DNA of 64,000 nt from assembly GCA_951406725.2 (NCBI GenBank), contig OX597815.1, forward strand, positions 169,446,001-169,510,000, read 5' to 3'. Source of the stretch: Octopus vulgaris. Taxonomy: Eukaryota. Below are positions 13,258 to 25,800 of this stretch, in pieces (the stretch's first letter is position 1; the number at the start of each line of letters is the position of its first letter). A program made the translations under genes and the position numbers. The notes under the pieces were generated by a model that ran no database searches, had not been told where the DNA came from, and was given only the letters and a program-made list of their open reading frames with translations.

Positions 13258-14436
13258 GCAGACACACACTCACACACACACACACACACACATACACTGA
13301 TCTTCCAAACAGTTTCCACGTACCAATTTCAGTAACAAAGATTTAGACAGTTTGGAACAATAGTAGAAGACACTTGCTTAAGGTGTCATGCAACGGAATT
13401 GAACCTGAAACTATGTGATTGCAAAGTGGACTATATTAATCACAGGACCATTTCTGCAGCTAGAATTCCTTCAAATTAAAATTTGCCAGTTCAGTTTGTT
13501 TACGAGAGGAAATGTGTTAGTATTTTAATTGACTTCTGAATCTTCAAAAAATAAAATAAAATTAATAAAATTCCAACATAGCAAAAACGATTTTTATAAT
13601 AATATTTTTAATGACCCATAAATTGAAATTATTGAATGACAGAATATTTATGATGCCATACCCATCCTCTGCTGACAAGTGGCAATATCCATGTTGTTTG
13701 TGTATTAACAACAATATTTAAAAAGAACATAAAATTGTCAGACATTATCTCTTGTTGTTTAACAATTCTAGATCATTAGGGATGCAACTGCTGACAACTT
13801 GTGCTCCTTTGAACACATGTTTACTCTGTCATGCTGCAGTGTATGTAATTCAACACTACATATTCAGATGGTGTAGTGTGGTTCTAGGTTTGACCAAGGA
13901 ATGGTTTTACCCTTTTGATACCAAATCACCTGAGACTACCTTTGGTTCTATAAAGCAAATTTCCTGCTTTGGCCCTTTTGATACCGACCCACTTGAGACC
14001 ACCCTTGGTTCTACAATACAATTTTGCTATTTCAAAGTGATCTAAATTAAAATCTTTCATTAAAATTTCATGTTAATTTATGCTGCAAACACCAACTTAA
14101 AAATGACAATTCTATTTTACTAAATTCTTCATTATTTTAAAATTAACTGAAGCAAAGGTTGTGTATTTCAACAGAAATATGGCAACAGAAGGGTTAAGAT
14201 GAACTAAATAAAAGAATTCCATCAAAATTTCATTTTGGCCTATGTTCCAAACACTAGCATAATGATGGTTTCAAATTTTGGCGCAATACCAGAAAGGTTA
14301 GTTGATTATTCTGACCCTAACGCTCAACTGGTACGTATTTTATTGGTCCTGAAAGGATGAAAGGCAAAGTTGATCCAAGCAGACATTAGCTTCAAAATTT
14401 ACTGAAACAAAGGCAGTGTATTTCAAAGGAAATTTT

Positions 14437-14733
14437 TTTATTTATTTATGTGCCCTTTTCAAGCCTAGCCAGGCTCATGGGCCCAGTTTCCCGGTTTGTG
14501 TGGCGTATGTTTTCCCCCCAGTTGGACGGGAAACCAGTCCATCGCAGCATTATTCAAGAAACAGGAAGAGAGAGTGAGAGACAGTTGGGGCGAAAGAGTA
14601 CAACAGGGGTTACTACCACCCCCTGCTGGAGCTTCGTGGAGCTTTAGGTGTTTTTGCTCAATAAACACACAACGCCCGGTCTGGGAATTGAAACCTCGAT
14701 CCTCCGACTGCGAGTCCGCTGCCCTAACCACAA
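14437..14733 (-). mobile_element. tRNA(Arg)-like headed SINE, head slightly truncated
   Basis: Minus strand TGGTTAGGGCAGCGGACTCGCAGTCGGAGGATCGAGGTTTCAATTCC; related to 54653-54957. Confidence 0.75.
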
Positions 14734-16204
14734 GAGGCTAAACACAGAGAGGACAAACAAGGACAGACAAACGGATTAAGTTGATTATATCGTCCCCAGT
14801 GCGAAATTGGTACGTATTTAATCGACCCTGAAAGAATGAAAGGCAAAGTTGACCTCGGCAGAATTTGAACTCAGAACGTAGTGGCAGACGAAATACCACT
14901 AAGTATTTCGCCCGGCGTGCTAATGTTTCTACCAGTTCACTGCATTGATATCTCTTACATTTTGAAATAATATTTCATAATCATTAATTCTATCTAATTT
15001 TGGCATAAGCCAGCAATTTGAGGAGAGGAAGAAGGCAATTGCATCGACCCCTACTCAGCTGATACTTATTTCATCGACCCCCAAAAGGATGAAAGGCAAA
15101 GTTGATCTTGGTGGAATTTGAACTCAGAACATAAAGTGCCAGAAGAAATGTCACTAAGTGTTTCACCCAAATGTATTAATGATTCTGTCAGCTTGCCGCC
15201 TTATTTAAAAACCATTATTAACTGTGATTTCTAACTTTACCATGTAACAGACAGGATTTAACAAACTGTAAATTTTTGGTTTAAACATAAACCAATATTA
15301 AATCAGATTTAATAAATGCATAAGGCCAGAAATCTGGAGGAAGGGGTTGGTTGATTGCACTGACTCTGATACTTCACTGGTACTTTATTTTATTGGCACC
15401 AGAAGGATGAAAGGCAGAGTTGACCTCGACAGGGTTTGAATTCAGTATGTAAAGTGTCAGAATAAATACTGCAAAGCATTCTTTCCCATAGCTTTAACAA
15501 TTCTGCCAGTTTGTTACCCTTGAGAGCCCAATAATCATTAAGAAAACAACATATTACATGCTACTGGAAGTAATTTAATAATTATCCCAATTATTAAGAA
15601 TTGTTTCGTAATTAACATATCATATATATATAACAATCAAGAATCATAATTTGAGTGCAATTATATATATATATATATATACATACATATATATATATAT
15701 ATGTGTGTGTGTGTGTATTAAAATAAGTAAGAATTAAGTTATTTATGATTAATTTACAAAATTAAGTTACTAAAAATAAACATATGTAGTATAGAGATCT
15801 TTCTTACTGATAGAAGAGAAAGTTTTAGCAAAGTTCACATTCACATATATAATGTAGAGGCACTAGTAGTGCCAAAGAAGGACAGACTGCCTCAGATGGC
15901 ATCTTATTCTGTTGGGGAAGGATTGAGCTATTTTGTAGGAGGTGATGGTTGTGGCAAACACAAAGACCACCCTGGGTGGCAAAGCTCTACTTACACTGTA
16001 GTATTGAAGTTCGTGTATCTATTCTAACAGGGATCATTTTTGTTATCTTTTAGAGGAGAAAGGGCAAGGCAGTTCCCATTATCTTTTCCAAAAGCTACAA
16101 GAATGATGGGAGGCAAGAAAGACCCCGTGTCCTTTTTGAAGTGACTCTGAGTTTAGTGGAAGGCAATGAGGAAAATATCCTCAGATAATAATACTTAAAT
16201 ATAT

Positions 16205-16365
16205 GCCAACAAGATGAAAGCTTCTTCACCGATGGGATTCAAGCACTGCAACACCAATGGAAGAAGGTTGTGGACTGCAAGGGGGACTATGTTAAAAAAT
16301 AAACCTCACTTGGTCATATTCCATGAGAGTACCCTGGTCAGCCTATGAAATTTTTAGCTGATCTT

Positions 16366-16368
<3 letters not shown>
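16205..16368 (+). mobile_element. mariner transposase C-terminal fragment plus terminal repeat
   Basis: FFTDGIQALQHQWKKVVDCKGDYVKK* is a typical mariner C-terminus. Confidence 0.8.
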
Positions 16369-16406
<38 letters not shown>

Positions 16407-16655
16407 ATGCGTGTGTGTGCACGTGTGTGAATGTGTGTGTGTGTTTAAATCTAAAGCACAAAGTTTCTATTTATACATAATATAGAAATTTGTGCTGCAA
16501 AATAGCTATGACAAAAGAATAGTACCAAATATTAAAATTATTAATACAAAAGGAAAGAAGAGAAAGAAGAAAATTAATTGAATATATGGAAATTTATAGA
16601 AATATATTGGCATATATAGAAATACAAGAAATATATAAGAATATTTTTCAATTAC

Positions 16656-16701
16656 TTAAATGCATCTTGCTCCTTGTTGTACATTACAACTGCATAAATA
16701 T
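16656..16701 (-). CDS. GARNL3: GARNL3 46-nt exon (H-IYAVVMYNKEQDAF-K)
   Basis: TTCCTCAACTTTTGTTCTCAG|ATATTTAT...TTTAA|GTAATT. Bridges the frame exactly (phase 1->2) and matches HIFALVRYNQQNDNYR. Confidence 0.9.
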
Positions 16702-16752
16702 CTGAGAACAAAAGTTGAGGAAAACATACAAAAATAATAACTGTTACTTTAA

Positions 16753-17138
16753 CCCTTTAATATTCAGATTACTCCGTCAAATGTAATGCTTATTTATTCA
16801 TATTGTTTTGAATTTATCATGCATTATCTTATAGCTTAGAATGATATTGTAGGCCGGATGTGAGAGGCCAGATCTGTCTGGCTTAAACATAAGCCAGTGA
16901 GAATATCTTTGTCAGTATTGGTGTGGGTGCTGGTGCCATGTAAAAAGCATTCTTTACACTCCGTAAAGTGGTTGGCATTAAGGATGGGCATCCAGCTGTA
17001 GAAACCAAACCAAAACAGACTATGGAACTTGGTGCAGCCCCCTGGCCTTGCCAATTCCTGTCAAGCCATCCAACCTGTGCCAGCATGGAAAGTAAACATT
17101 AAATGCTGATGATGATGACTAATTTAAATACTAAAGAG
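16753..17138. mobile_element. piggyBac-type MITE (TTAA TSD) with a nested RTE tail
   Basis: TTAA|CCCTTTAATATT...ATACTAAAGAG|TTAA. Same family at 34191-34406; related TTAA/CCCTT elements near 13905-14198 and 39199-40197. Confidence 0.7.
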
Positions 17139-17236
17139 TTAAGTTTACAATCTTCATCACTGGTCCAATTAAAGTATTAAGAAAAAAAGTAATTTATCAT
17201 AGGAAGTCTTCTTTCTTTAGTTGCTGTTGTTGGTGA

Positions 17237-17570
17237 AGATGCATGGCTCAATGGTTAGGGCACTGGGCTCACAATCATGAAGTGGTGAGTTCAATTCCCA
17301 GACAGGGCTGTGTGTTGTGTTCTTGAGCAAGACACTTTACTTCACATTGCTCCAGTTCCTTCATCTATTGAAATGAGTTGCAATGTCATTGGTACCAAGC
17401 TGTATTGGCCTTTGCCTTTGTCTTGGATAACATCAATGGCATGGAGAGGAAGGCTGGTATGCATGGGTGTCTGCTGGTCTTTCATAAACAACCTTGCCCA
17501 GACTTGTGCCTCAGAGAGGAACTTTCTAGGTGCATCCCATGGTCATTCATGACAAAAGGGGATCTTTGGC
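17237..17570 (+). mobile_element. tRNA-derived SINE with CORE-like segment (second family)
   Basis: GCATGGCTCAATGGTTAGGG...GAGTTCAATTCC...TTGAGCAAGACACTT. Relatives at 1-90, 6266-6515, 11975-12140, 25860-26120, 46025-46350, 57290-57440 (-) and 47175-47410 (+). Confidence 0.75.
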
Positions 17571-18318
17571 CAACCTAAGTAAGCTCTGATTGTGCAGAAC
17601 TATAATCTAGAGCATTCTGGTTGTGATGCAAAAGGCCAGAAATTTATGGCAAAGGGAAAAAATTGATTATATCAACCCAGTTTTTGACAGGTATTTTTCA
17701 ATTACTATACCTTGCCCACCACCACTCAAAAAGATTAGGGAGCAGAGTTGATTTTAGCAGAATTGGAATTCAAAAAGATAAGAGCCAGAACAAACACCAC
17801 AAGGCATTTTGGTCAATATTCTATCATATTTTCTAACATATAAGTTGGATTCTTCAGACTAAAATTTACAGCCAAAACAGGTTGGTTGACTTGATGAATT
17901 CGGAAGGACCAAAAGTTCCGTGTGAAATGCAGAAGGCTTTGAAAAGATAGTGTCAATGTTTGAATGTTTACACTATATACTATGTTCACTTGTTTGCTGG
18001 AAAATACAGTATATCTTTTACTTTTTTTTCTAATGCTAACCAGATGTGATTCAAAGGCAATTTAGTTGCTATATCTAGCATAGCAATGATCACACAAAGT
18101 GATGTGTAACAAATGTCTTTGGAGCCTTGTTTGGGGTGGGAGTTTTTGAAGGGGAGTAGCTATTGTTTTTCATGCTAAGTTTACTAAAATGAAGCGGGTA
18201 GGCAATGAGCAGACAAATAAACACATGATGGGAAAACAATTCCTTGCTGGTACCAACTTCAGATGAACTGCAGTGAACTTATGCACTATATAGAAGCAGT
18301 TGTCTTTCTATTTATTCT

Positions 18319-18730
18319 GGATCTTTTCAGTTTGAATGGCAGTTTTTCTAGCGATGTCATATGAAATTGCCACACATAATTATGACCCTAGTATCGATCT
18401 ATTGCATTTCAATCTGTTTTAGGGTTAGGGGTGGGGGGAAGGGTATCTTTTTTTCTTCACAAATGTAAATAAACCCAATCTATTTCTTAAACGAGGTACA
18501 TATTCATATGGCACAGAATGCTTTTTTTTACCTCAATAGACGTCATTGATTGGTTGAAATTGCAGAAATTGAAGAAAAAACCCCAAATATCTTACAAACT
18601 ATAGAATTTTCTCAATAAAGCCAAGAGAAAAAGATGTTTTATAAACACATTCTACCAGTATACGAAGTTTAAAAGTGTTTAGTTACGTGGAAATTATTTT
18701 AAGAAACTGCCGTTCAAACCGAAAAGATCC
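18319..18730. mobile_element. MITE with 27-bp TIRs and 8-bp TSD (Merlin-like)
   Basis: TIR GGATCTTTTCAGTTTGAATGGCAGTTT / AAACTGCCGTTCAAACCGAAAAGATCC; perfect TSD TTTATTCT on both sides. Confidence 0.85.
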
Positions 18731-18815
18731 TTTATTCTTATTATTTTGATGATGATGATGATGATGATGATGACTTTTAAATTAATGAATATTACAGATG
18801 GCATCAAAAGGATAC

Positions 18816-18927
18816 GAGTAAAATGAGTCTTCATCATATTAGGCTTGAATACGGGCGGTTTTTCGAAATCACAGTCAAAATAAACAATATTAACAATGTC
18901 GTTACCAATATGTCGCTTTCTCTCAAC
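18816..18927 (-). CDS. GARNL3: GARNL3 exon with catalytic helix (VERKRHIGNDIVNIVYFDCDFEKPPVFKPNMMKTHFT-H)
   Basis: TTCACAG|GTTGAG...TTTACTC|GTATCCTT, 112 nt. Carries the KRHIGND Asn-thumb motif. Confidence 0.97.
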
Positions 18928-19524
18928 CTGTGAAGTAAATGAAAAGACATATATGTAAAATAAGGCAATTTTTCTAAATTTAGATAGACCTTATTGTATG
19001 TATGTATGTGGGTATGTGTTTGTATAAATGTATGCTTTTCATTGTCATCACTGTTTCAACATCTGTTTCTCTGGATAGTATAGGTTAGACAGGTCTACTG
19101 TATAGAATATCACCAATCACTTATGTCTTTAGCCACCCAGCATCTTGACATCTGATTTGATCACTCCTTCAGATGTACTTTTTTTACTCACATTTGTCAT
19201 TCACATGTAGTGACTCTGTTCAACCACTGAATAATGATTTCACAGTTTTTTTTTATAATCTAATCATAAATTTTTTTGCCTAACATACTCTAGAAGTATG
19301 TGAGCCATTTTTTGTTATTTAAACAAATAATGTGACTGGATGTTGGTTCAATTTGCTCCACACCAGACAAGTTTAGTGGTTCAGCTTTCCAGCATCTTTT
19401 CATGCAGATGCTAAGAATCCACAATGCAAAACTTAAACAAAACTCATTTTGCTGTACCAATACATATTATGCGCAATGAGGTATCTTTTGGAAATGTCTG
19501 TATGTACCAGTTGAAAAACACATG

Positions 19525-19910
19525 CGTTATCTATCATTGAAGCTTGAGAGGTGGTTGGATGGAACTTACACTCGCCTCTTTATGAGAGCTCAAAATCTCT
19601 CATGGAAGCATCATCCAACCAAAGTACAAATATATGGGAAACTACCACCTGTATCATCTCTTGTGAAAGGTAGAAGAGTCCAGTTTGCTGGACATTGTTG
19701 TAGAGCTGATAACAAGGTAATTTCTGCTCTTCTCCTCTGGAAGCCATCTACTCACGATACCGGAGGGTGCACACTCTCCTACCCTGATGTAATCTCCAGG
19801 GATACAGGCATCCAGCAACAGGACCTCTGTAATGCTATGATGGATCATGAAGTCTGGCATAGCATAGTAAATTCCATTGTCTCGACCACGGTCGAACAAT
19901 GATGATGATC
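19525..19910 (+). mobile_element. LINE (RTE-like) ORF2 C-terminal fragment
   Basis: LDGTYTRLFMRAQNLSWKHHPTK...RRVQFAGHCCR; the stop is followed directly by a (GAT)n tail. Confidence 0.8.
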
Positions 19911-20846
19911 TATCATTACTGCAGTTAAGTATCTGTTTGTAAACATATTGACTTCACAGATATCAACCTATGTATGGATATTTTCTGTAAGACATTCTAC
20001 AATACTTTGTGCAACTGATTTTGTAAAACAAACAAAAAAAATATATATATACACGTTTTTATACGGCACGTTATTTAATTGACATTGTAAAACATGAAAA
20101 TATTTATGTAAATTTACAAACACATTTATGTAAACTTTGTCATGATCAATCAGGTAAACTATAACTTGTACATACTATGTCTGAATTTTGTTCTCTTTTA
20201 ACCTTCATTCACAAACCATACACTGTGTAATTACTATTGCATTTTTCTACCAAAATGATTGGAAGAGGTCTTTTTATTGCTATGTAGTCCACAAAGGAAA
20301 AATATATATAATTCATTATTGTTATCCCTAGAGACAATCTTGTTTAATTTCCTTCACATATTAATACAACTAACTCTCTTGTATACATAAGTTGATGCCT
20401 TTACTATTTAGCTGTTCAATCACCTTGTTTGTTCTGTCTTTTATGAAGATTAATGTTATACATTCAATGGATCATATTCAATTTATTTCTTTCCGCCAAA
20501 ACAGAATTTCTATATTTAGTACTTATGTTTTACAACCATGTAGTTTTGCATTTCCTATGCATCTTCATCCAGTTTGACCACAATACAAAGCGAGAAGCCC
20601 TTTGTTGCTTAGCCTCAAATTAGACTTGATTAAGTACAACTATTATCAAAGGTTTTGTAACTGATCATTCTGTATTTTATCCTTCTAGGCATAATATATT
20701 CCAGAGTAGATTATCTAACGTGTCCTCTTTTTTAAGACTGTGTAGAGAGATTTTGGGGTATTTGGCTGCTACAAGGAGTCTCTTTATATTTATCTTCTGT
20801 TTTATTATGTATTCATCTATGCAGGTATTTGTGTTAGTGTGTGTGT

Positions 20847-20893
<47 letters not shown>

Positions 20894-21546
20894 TGTATGT
20901 ACATGCACGCACACACACACATGAACACACACACGTGCACACACACTGATGATAATGATGTGGATGATGATTACACCACCTATTCAAACATTCTGTTTAA
21001 AAAAACCTCAAGAGGAAGGATTTGAAGTCAGAGTCAACCCAAATATAAAATGAATTTGACTCTACCATTCAGTATTAAATCCTATCATCAACACACACAC
21101 ATGCATGCATACATACATACATACATACATACATACATACATACATACATACATACATACATACATACATACATGCATGCATACATACATACATACATGC
21201 ATGCATGCATGCATGCACACACATACATACATACATACATACATACACACACACATACATACATACATACATACATACATACATACATACAAACAAAAAT
21301 ACTCTGTTGATATTGTTGAAATTCCAGTGAAGGAGCCTTGGATCTAGATTAGAAACTGGCTCTTTCTTTATTGGAAAGAAATCTTGAAATAAAACTGAAT
21401 AATGACGTACATACACTAACACAAAAAGATTCTGTTGTTTCCTTTTATTAACTTAAACTAATAACCAAAAGTAACTGAAAAAAAAATTCTCATTATAGAA
21501 TACAAATTCTATATTGGAATGAACAATTTTAATAATTGTTACGAAC

Positions 21547-21650
21547 CTGCTGCCTGTTGTCTGGGGAGTATGGAAGTAAGGTAGATACGTGAAACATAAT
21601 TTCATGGCCTTCGTAGATGACATATCTTGATTCTGTTCCTGTGCTGTCAG
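21547..21650 (-). CDS. GARNL3: GARNL3 exon ([34 protein letters not shown])
   Basis: ATTCCAG|CTGACAGC...CAGCAG|GTTCGT, 104 nt. [11 protein letters not shown] is a RapGAP signature (also visible inside ORF 21529..21744). Confidence 0.97.
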
Positions 21651-21901
21651 CTGGAATATGACAATAGCATTGAGGATAACATTGCAAGAAATGTGAAATC
21701 AAAATCCAAAATATTAAAAAAGCAAACATTATCATACTAAACAAAAGAAATTATTTATATATCATTAACACACACACGCATGCATGCATGCACACACACG
21801 TGTGCGCGTGATATCAACGAAACATTTGGTTATATATCATTAACACACACACGTATGCATGCATGCACAAACACACACGTACACACACACACATCTATCT
21901 A

Positions 21902-23171
21902 TCAGACAGTAAAAAGTAACCAACGTTTTGAAACACGAAATTAATTAAATTCATCCACCAATGTGGAAATTTTATTCATCAAAGTAAGTACCATTAAAAT
22001 CAACACATTTTTGCCAACGAGTTACAAGTTTGTTTATTCCAGTAACATAAAAATCTGGAGTTCTGGAGCTGATTGAATCTTTGAAAGCACTTTCATCATC
22101 ACTTTGATTTTTGAACTCCTTCTCTTGCAGGAAACCATCAAGGTGCTTGAAAAAGGGGTAGCTGCAAGGAAAAGGCCTGGGGAATAAGCTGGGTGGGGAA
22201 GAACTTTGTAGCCAAGTTCTCTCAACTTCTGGAGTGTCATTAGTAAAAAGTGTAGTTGAGCACTAACATGAAGAATGATTGGCCCTCTTCTGTTGACCAA
22301 TCTGGGATGGAAGAGTAGCAGATTTTCATTCATTTTGGCAATTTCATGGCAATATGTTTCTGCAGTAATGGTTTTTCCAGGTTTTAAGAAGTTATAGTGG
22401 ATGAGTCCAGCAGTACACCACCAAACATTCACCATAACCTTCTTTTTGAAGAACTCAGATTTAGGGAAGGTTTTCAGTGCTTCATTATGGTCCAACCAAA
22501 GTGAAGAACATTTTTTATTATTGTACAGAATCCACTTTCTATCATAAGTTACAATGCAGTTGAGAAATAGATTGATCTGGTTATGGAGAAGAAGTGACAA
22601 ACAAATTTCATATCTGTGCATTTTCTGATTTTCATTCAAATTGTGTGGTACCCATTTGTTGAGCTTTTTTGATTTTCCAATTGCATGCAAATATTTGCAG
22701 GTAGTTTTCTGGCTAACTTGAAGTTCTTTTGCCAGTTCTCAAGTGGTTTTATGTGGATCTTTCTCAATGATGATTTTTAACTGATTGTCATTGAGGGCAG
22801 ATGGGCGTCCATGATCTTCAAGGCACAGGTCTCCACTGCGAAATTGTTTAAACCACTTTTGAGCTGATCACTCACTGGTCATTTCCTCACCAAATGTTTT
22901 GTTGATATCATGAGCAGCTTCAGCTGCTTTACGTCCTTTTGTTGAATAGCAAAATATCTCGAATATCGTGCCTTTGATAGTTCTGTTTCAGATAATTGTA
23001 ACAATGGTGAAAAAATATCAATGTTAATTTATTAATGCATTTGGGCAAGTCTATGTGTGTATTATCAGACAATTGCAAAAGAATGCTTAAAAAAAAAATT
23101 TCAAAGCTCTGCAAAAATCTGGTACAAATTCTTTATGGTTCAAAACATTGCTTACTTTTTACTCAACCTGA
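21902..23171 (-). mobile_element. Full-length degenerate mariner transposon (~1.27 kb)
   Basis: ORF 22034-22690 has WVPHNL and LPHPAYSPGL, with a decayed D,D34D triad. TIRs TCAG(A)CAGTAAAAAGTAACCAACGTTTTGAA / TTCAAAACATTGCTTACTTTTTACTCAACCTGA; TA on both flanks. Confidence 0.92.
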
Positions 23172-23187
23172 TATCTGTATGTATATG

Positions 23188-23237
<50 letters not shown>

Positions 23238-23341
23238 CACACACATACACACACACACATCTATGTATCTATTTACATACACATACATATGAATATATCT
23301 CTGTCTATATCTATCTATGTGTCTGTTTGTATTTCTGTCTC

Positions 23342-23393
<52 letters not shown>

Positions 23394-23543
23394 AACACAT
23401 ACATATAGTGTGGACCAAAAGTCACACACCAAGATTAAAATTTATTCAAATATATTGTATATATATCTTTTCTTCTAAAATTGAATAAAGTAAATAAAAT
23501 AATGATGAATACACATACTTGTACATGATGAATAAAATGGATG

Positions 23544-23580
<37 letters not shown>

Positions 23581-23612
23581 TAATAATAATAATGATAATA
23601 ATAATAATGATG

Positions 23613-23663
<51 letters not shown>

Positions 23664-23848
23664 TGTCAACTATTTTGGTGCATGACTTTTGACCTGTCCC
23701 TCTATGTATATGTATGTATGTATATATACATACATGCATATATATATACACATACACACACACTCACCCACACCCACATGTGTATATGAATGTATATCTA
23801 TCTATATATAAACACATGCACACACACACATATACATACACACATATG

Positions 23849-25800
23849 CATTACTTAGAGTGTGCATAGGACACATCCACCTCGTCAGATGTTAGTGACA
23901 GAAAGAAGAAAATTTAAAATAAATTTAAAATTCCTTCAAGTTTTTTAGTCTGTTGGTCAATTTAGGTCACATGGTTGTTTTTGCTATCATAGTGATATCA
24001 GTTATTTTATTATGAGGTCCACATGATGCAGACAAGATGTTGTTGAATTGTTGGCATTAGCTACATCATTTGTTTGCATTGGATATTGCACATGGTGCAG
24101 CAGAAAGATGTTGATGCCATTTAGTCACTTAGTCATCATTCCGTAGGTTGTTGTATTTTTAGTAACTGCAGTTATCACATGGCGTAACCAGTTTCGTGGT
24201 GTCAGGTTACAAATGAGTTTGCATGGCTGACATGAGTAAGGTCATTGACTGTCATGTCCATGTAGTGTCTCTGGATGCTGTAAAGGTGGCTCTATAAACC
24301 ACAGCCTTTGAGAAGAAGGGTCCTCCAAATATATAATTGGTAGGATTTAAGCAGTTACAGATTGCAGCGCAGGATGTAGACTGTGTGGGCGTGAATTTGC
24401 ATCGGTTGCAACATGCAATGTTGAAAGTGATATTATCTAAGAATGTGTAACAGACCTTGATGTTATGGAAATGAAAGAATATATGATATTTATGGGTTCT
24501 TCAGAAGTGCTTCTTAATTAAGGTCAGGAAACTCCCCACTGTATTTGTAGAAATCATTAAATTGGATCGAGGATTAAACCAGATTTCCTTTCTCTCTGTA
24601 GCTCTCTTCAGGTTTGAGCGGTGGGGTTGGAGATTCTTTGTATACACTAATTTATCAGTGAAGCCACACCTCATTAATATCTTTTTCAAATGGTGAGTAG
24701 TCCTGTCTCCTGATAGATTTGGGATTCTTCTGTTGATGAATGAGACTAAGTTTCCAATTATAACTGGTGGTGGTGGTGTTGGTAGGTTGTTGTTGGAATT
24801 ATTTGACTGTCATCATTTTACTTGCTGGGCTTTTCACAATGGTAGTACTTGCCTGTTTTGTGGTCTATAGTTACGTTCAAGAAGTTGACTCTTGTTAATC
24901 TAGACATAATACCTATAGTTATCTTTTACTTGTTTTAGTCATTGGCTTGCAGCCCTTGTAACTTTGTCTTGAATGGTTTTAGTTGAATGAATCAACCCCA
25001 ATATATATTTTAAAAGCCTGGTACTTATTCTATTGGTTTCTTTTGCTGATCCACTAAATTACAGGGAGGTAAATAAACCAACACTGGCTGTCAAGGGTGT
25101 CAAGCATTGGTTGGGGACAAACACTAACACAAAGACACACACAGATATGTGCATATATACTTTCAGTTTCCATCTATCTAATCTACTCATAATGTTTTGG
25201 TTCAGCTCAGATTATAGTAGGAGACACTTGTCCAAAGTGGCATGCAGTGGGACTTAACTCAGAACCGTATAGGTGGGAAGCAATCTTCTTTCCACATATC
25301 CATATCTGTGCCTAGTGAGGTTGAATTCTCTGAAGATGTTCCTAAGATTTTCCCAGAACTTTTCCATGGCATAGTCATCCATATGGCTTGAATTTACCAA
25401 ACCATCATTCCCATATGGTGCCAAACTGTTTAGGGTGAATACATTTTTTGTGGGTATCTAAGACAAACAATCTGATGAGTTCAGCTATCTCAGTCCGGTC
25501 ATAGCTCCTTGTGGATAAGTCAGAAATTGGGTCATTTTTGTTTTATCTAGCAGGAATCATAATGAAAAAGGTGTGACTTTCTAATGTTCATAATGATTCT
25601 GATATTGAGGTCACTAATTACAGTCAATTGTTTACCAAAGTTGGGGTCCTTCAGGAGAAAAGATTTCATTGAGCAGGGTGAACTAGCAAGTTGCTTTATT
25701 CTCAATGCTATGGAACTAGTTAGCAACCATGGTACTGATGAAAAGGTTGTGTCCAAAACAATGTGAAGTTTTGTGAAATTGTTATTGAATACATTTGTAC
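23849..25800 (-). mobile_element. Degenerate Penelope-like retroelement (RT/linker remnants, HHR relic), interrupted by a SINE at ~24922-25312
   Basis: EIWFNPRSNLMISTNTVGSFLTLIKKHF resembles the PLE motif WFNPPYS..V.TNIG..FL.LI.KHF. Also IRIIMNIRKSHLFH, SYDRTEIAELI and YGNDGL (YRDDGL-like). Confidence 0.75.

Larger units (their letters stand above)
16702..18815 (-). promoter_or_regulatory. U12-type (minor spliceosome) GT-AG intron
   Basis: 5' site GTATCCTTTT at 18815. Branch box TTCCTCAAC at 16722-16714, with the branch A 13-14 nt before the CAG acceptor. Confidence 0.9.

Noticed and set aside
18418-18443. Telomere or chromosome-fusion relic
   Set aside because: Only two TTAGGG units, inside a TIR/TSD-bounded MITE.
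22034-22690. Active or domesticated transposase (SETMAR-like)
   Set aside because: Catalytic Asp motifs are decayed, both ends are frameshifted and there is no SET domain.
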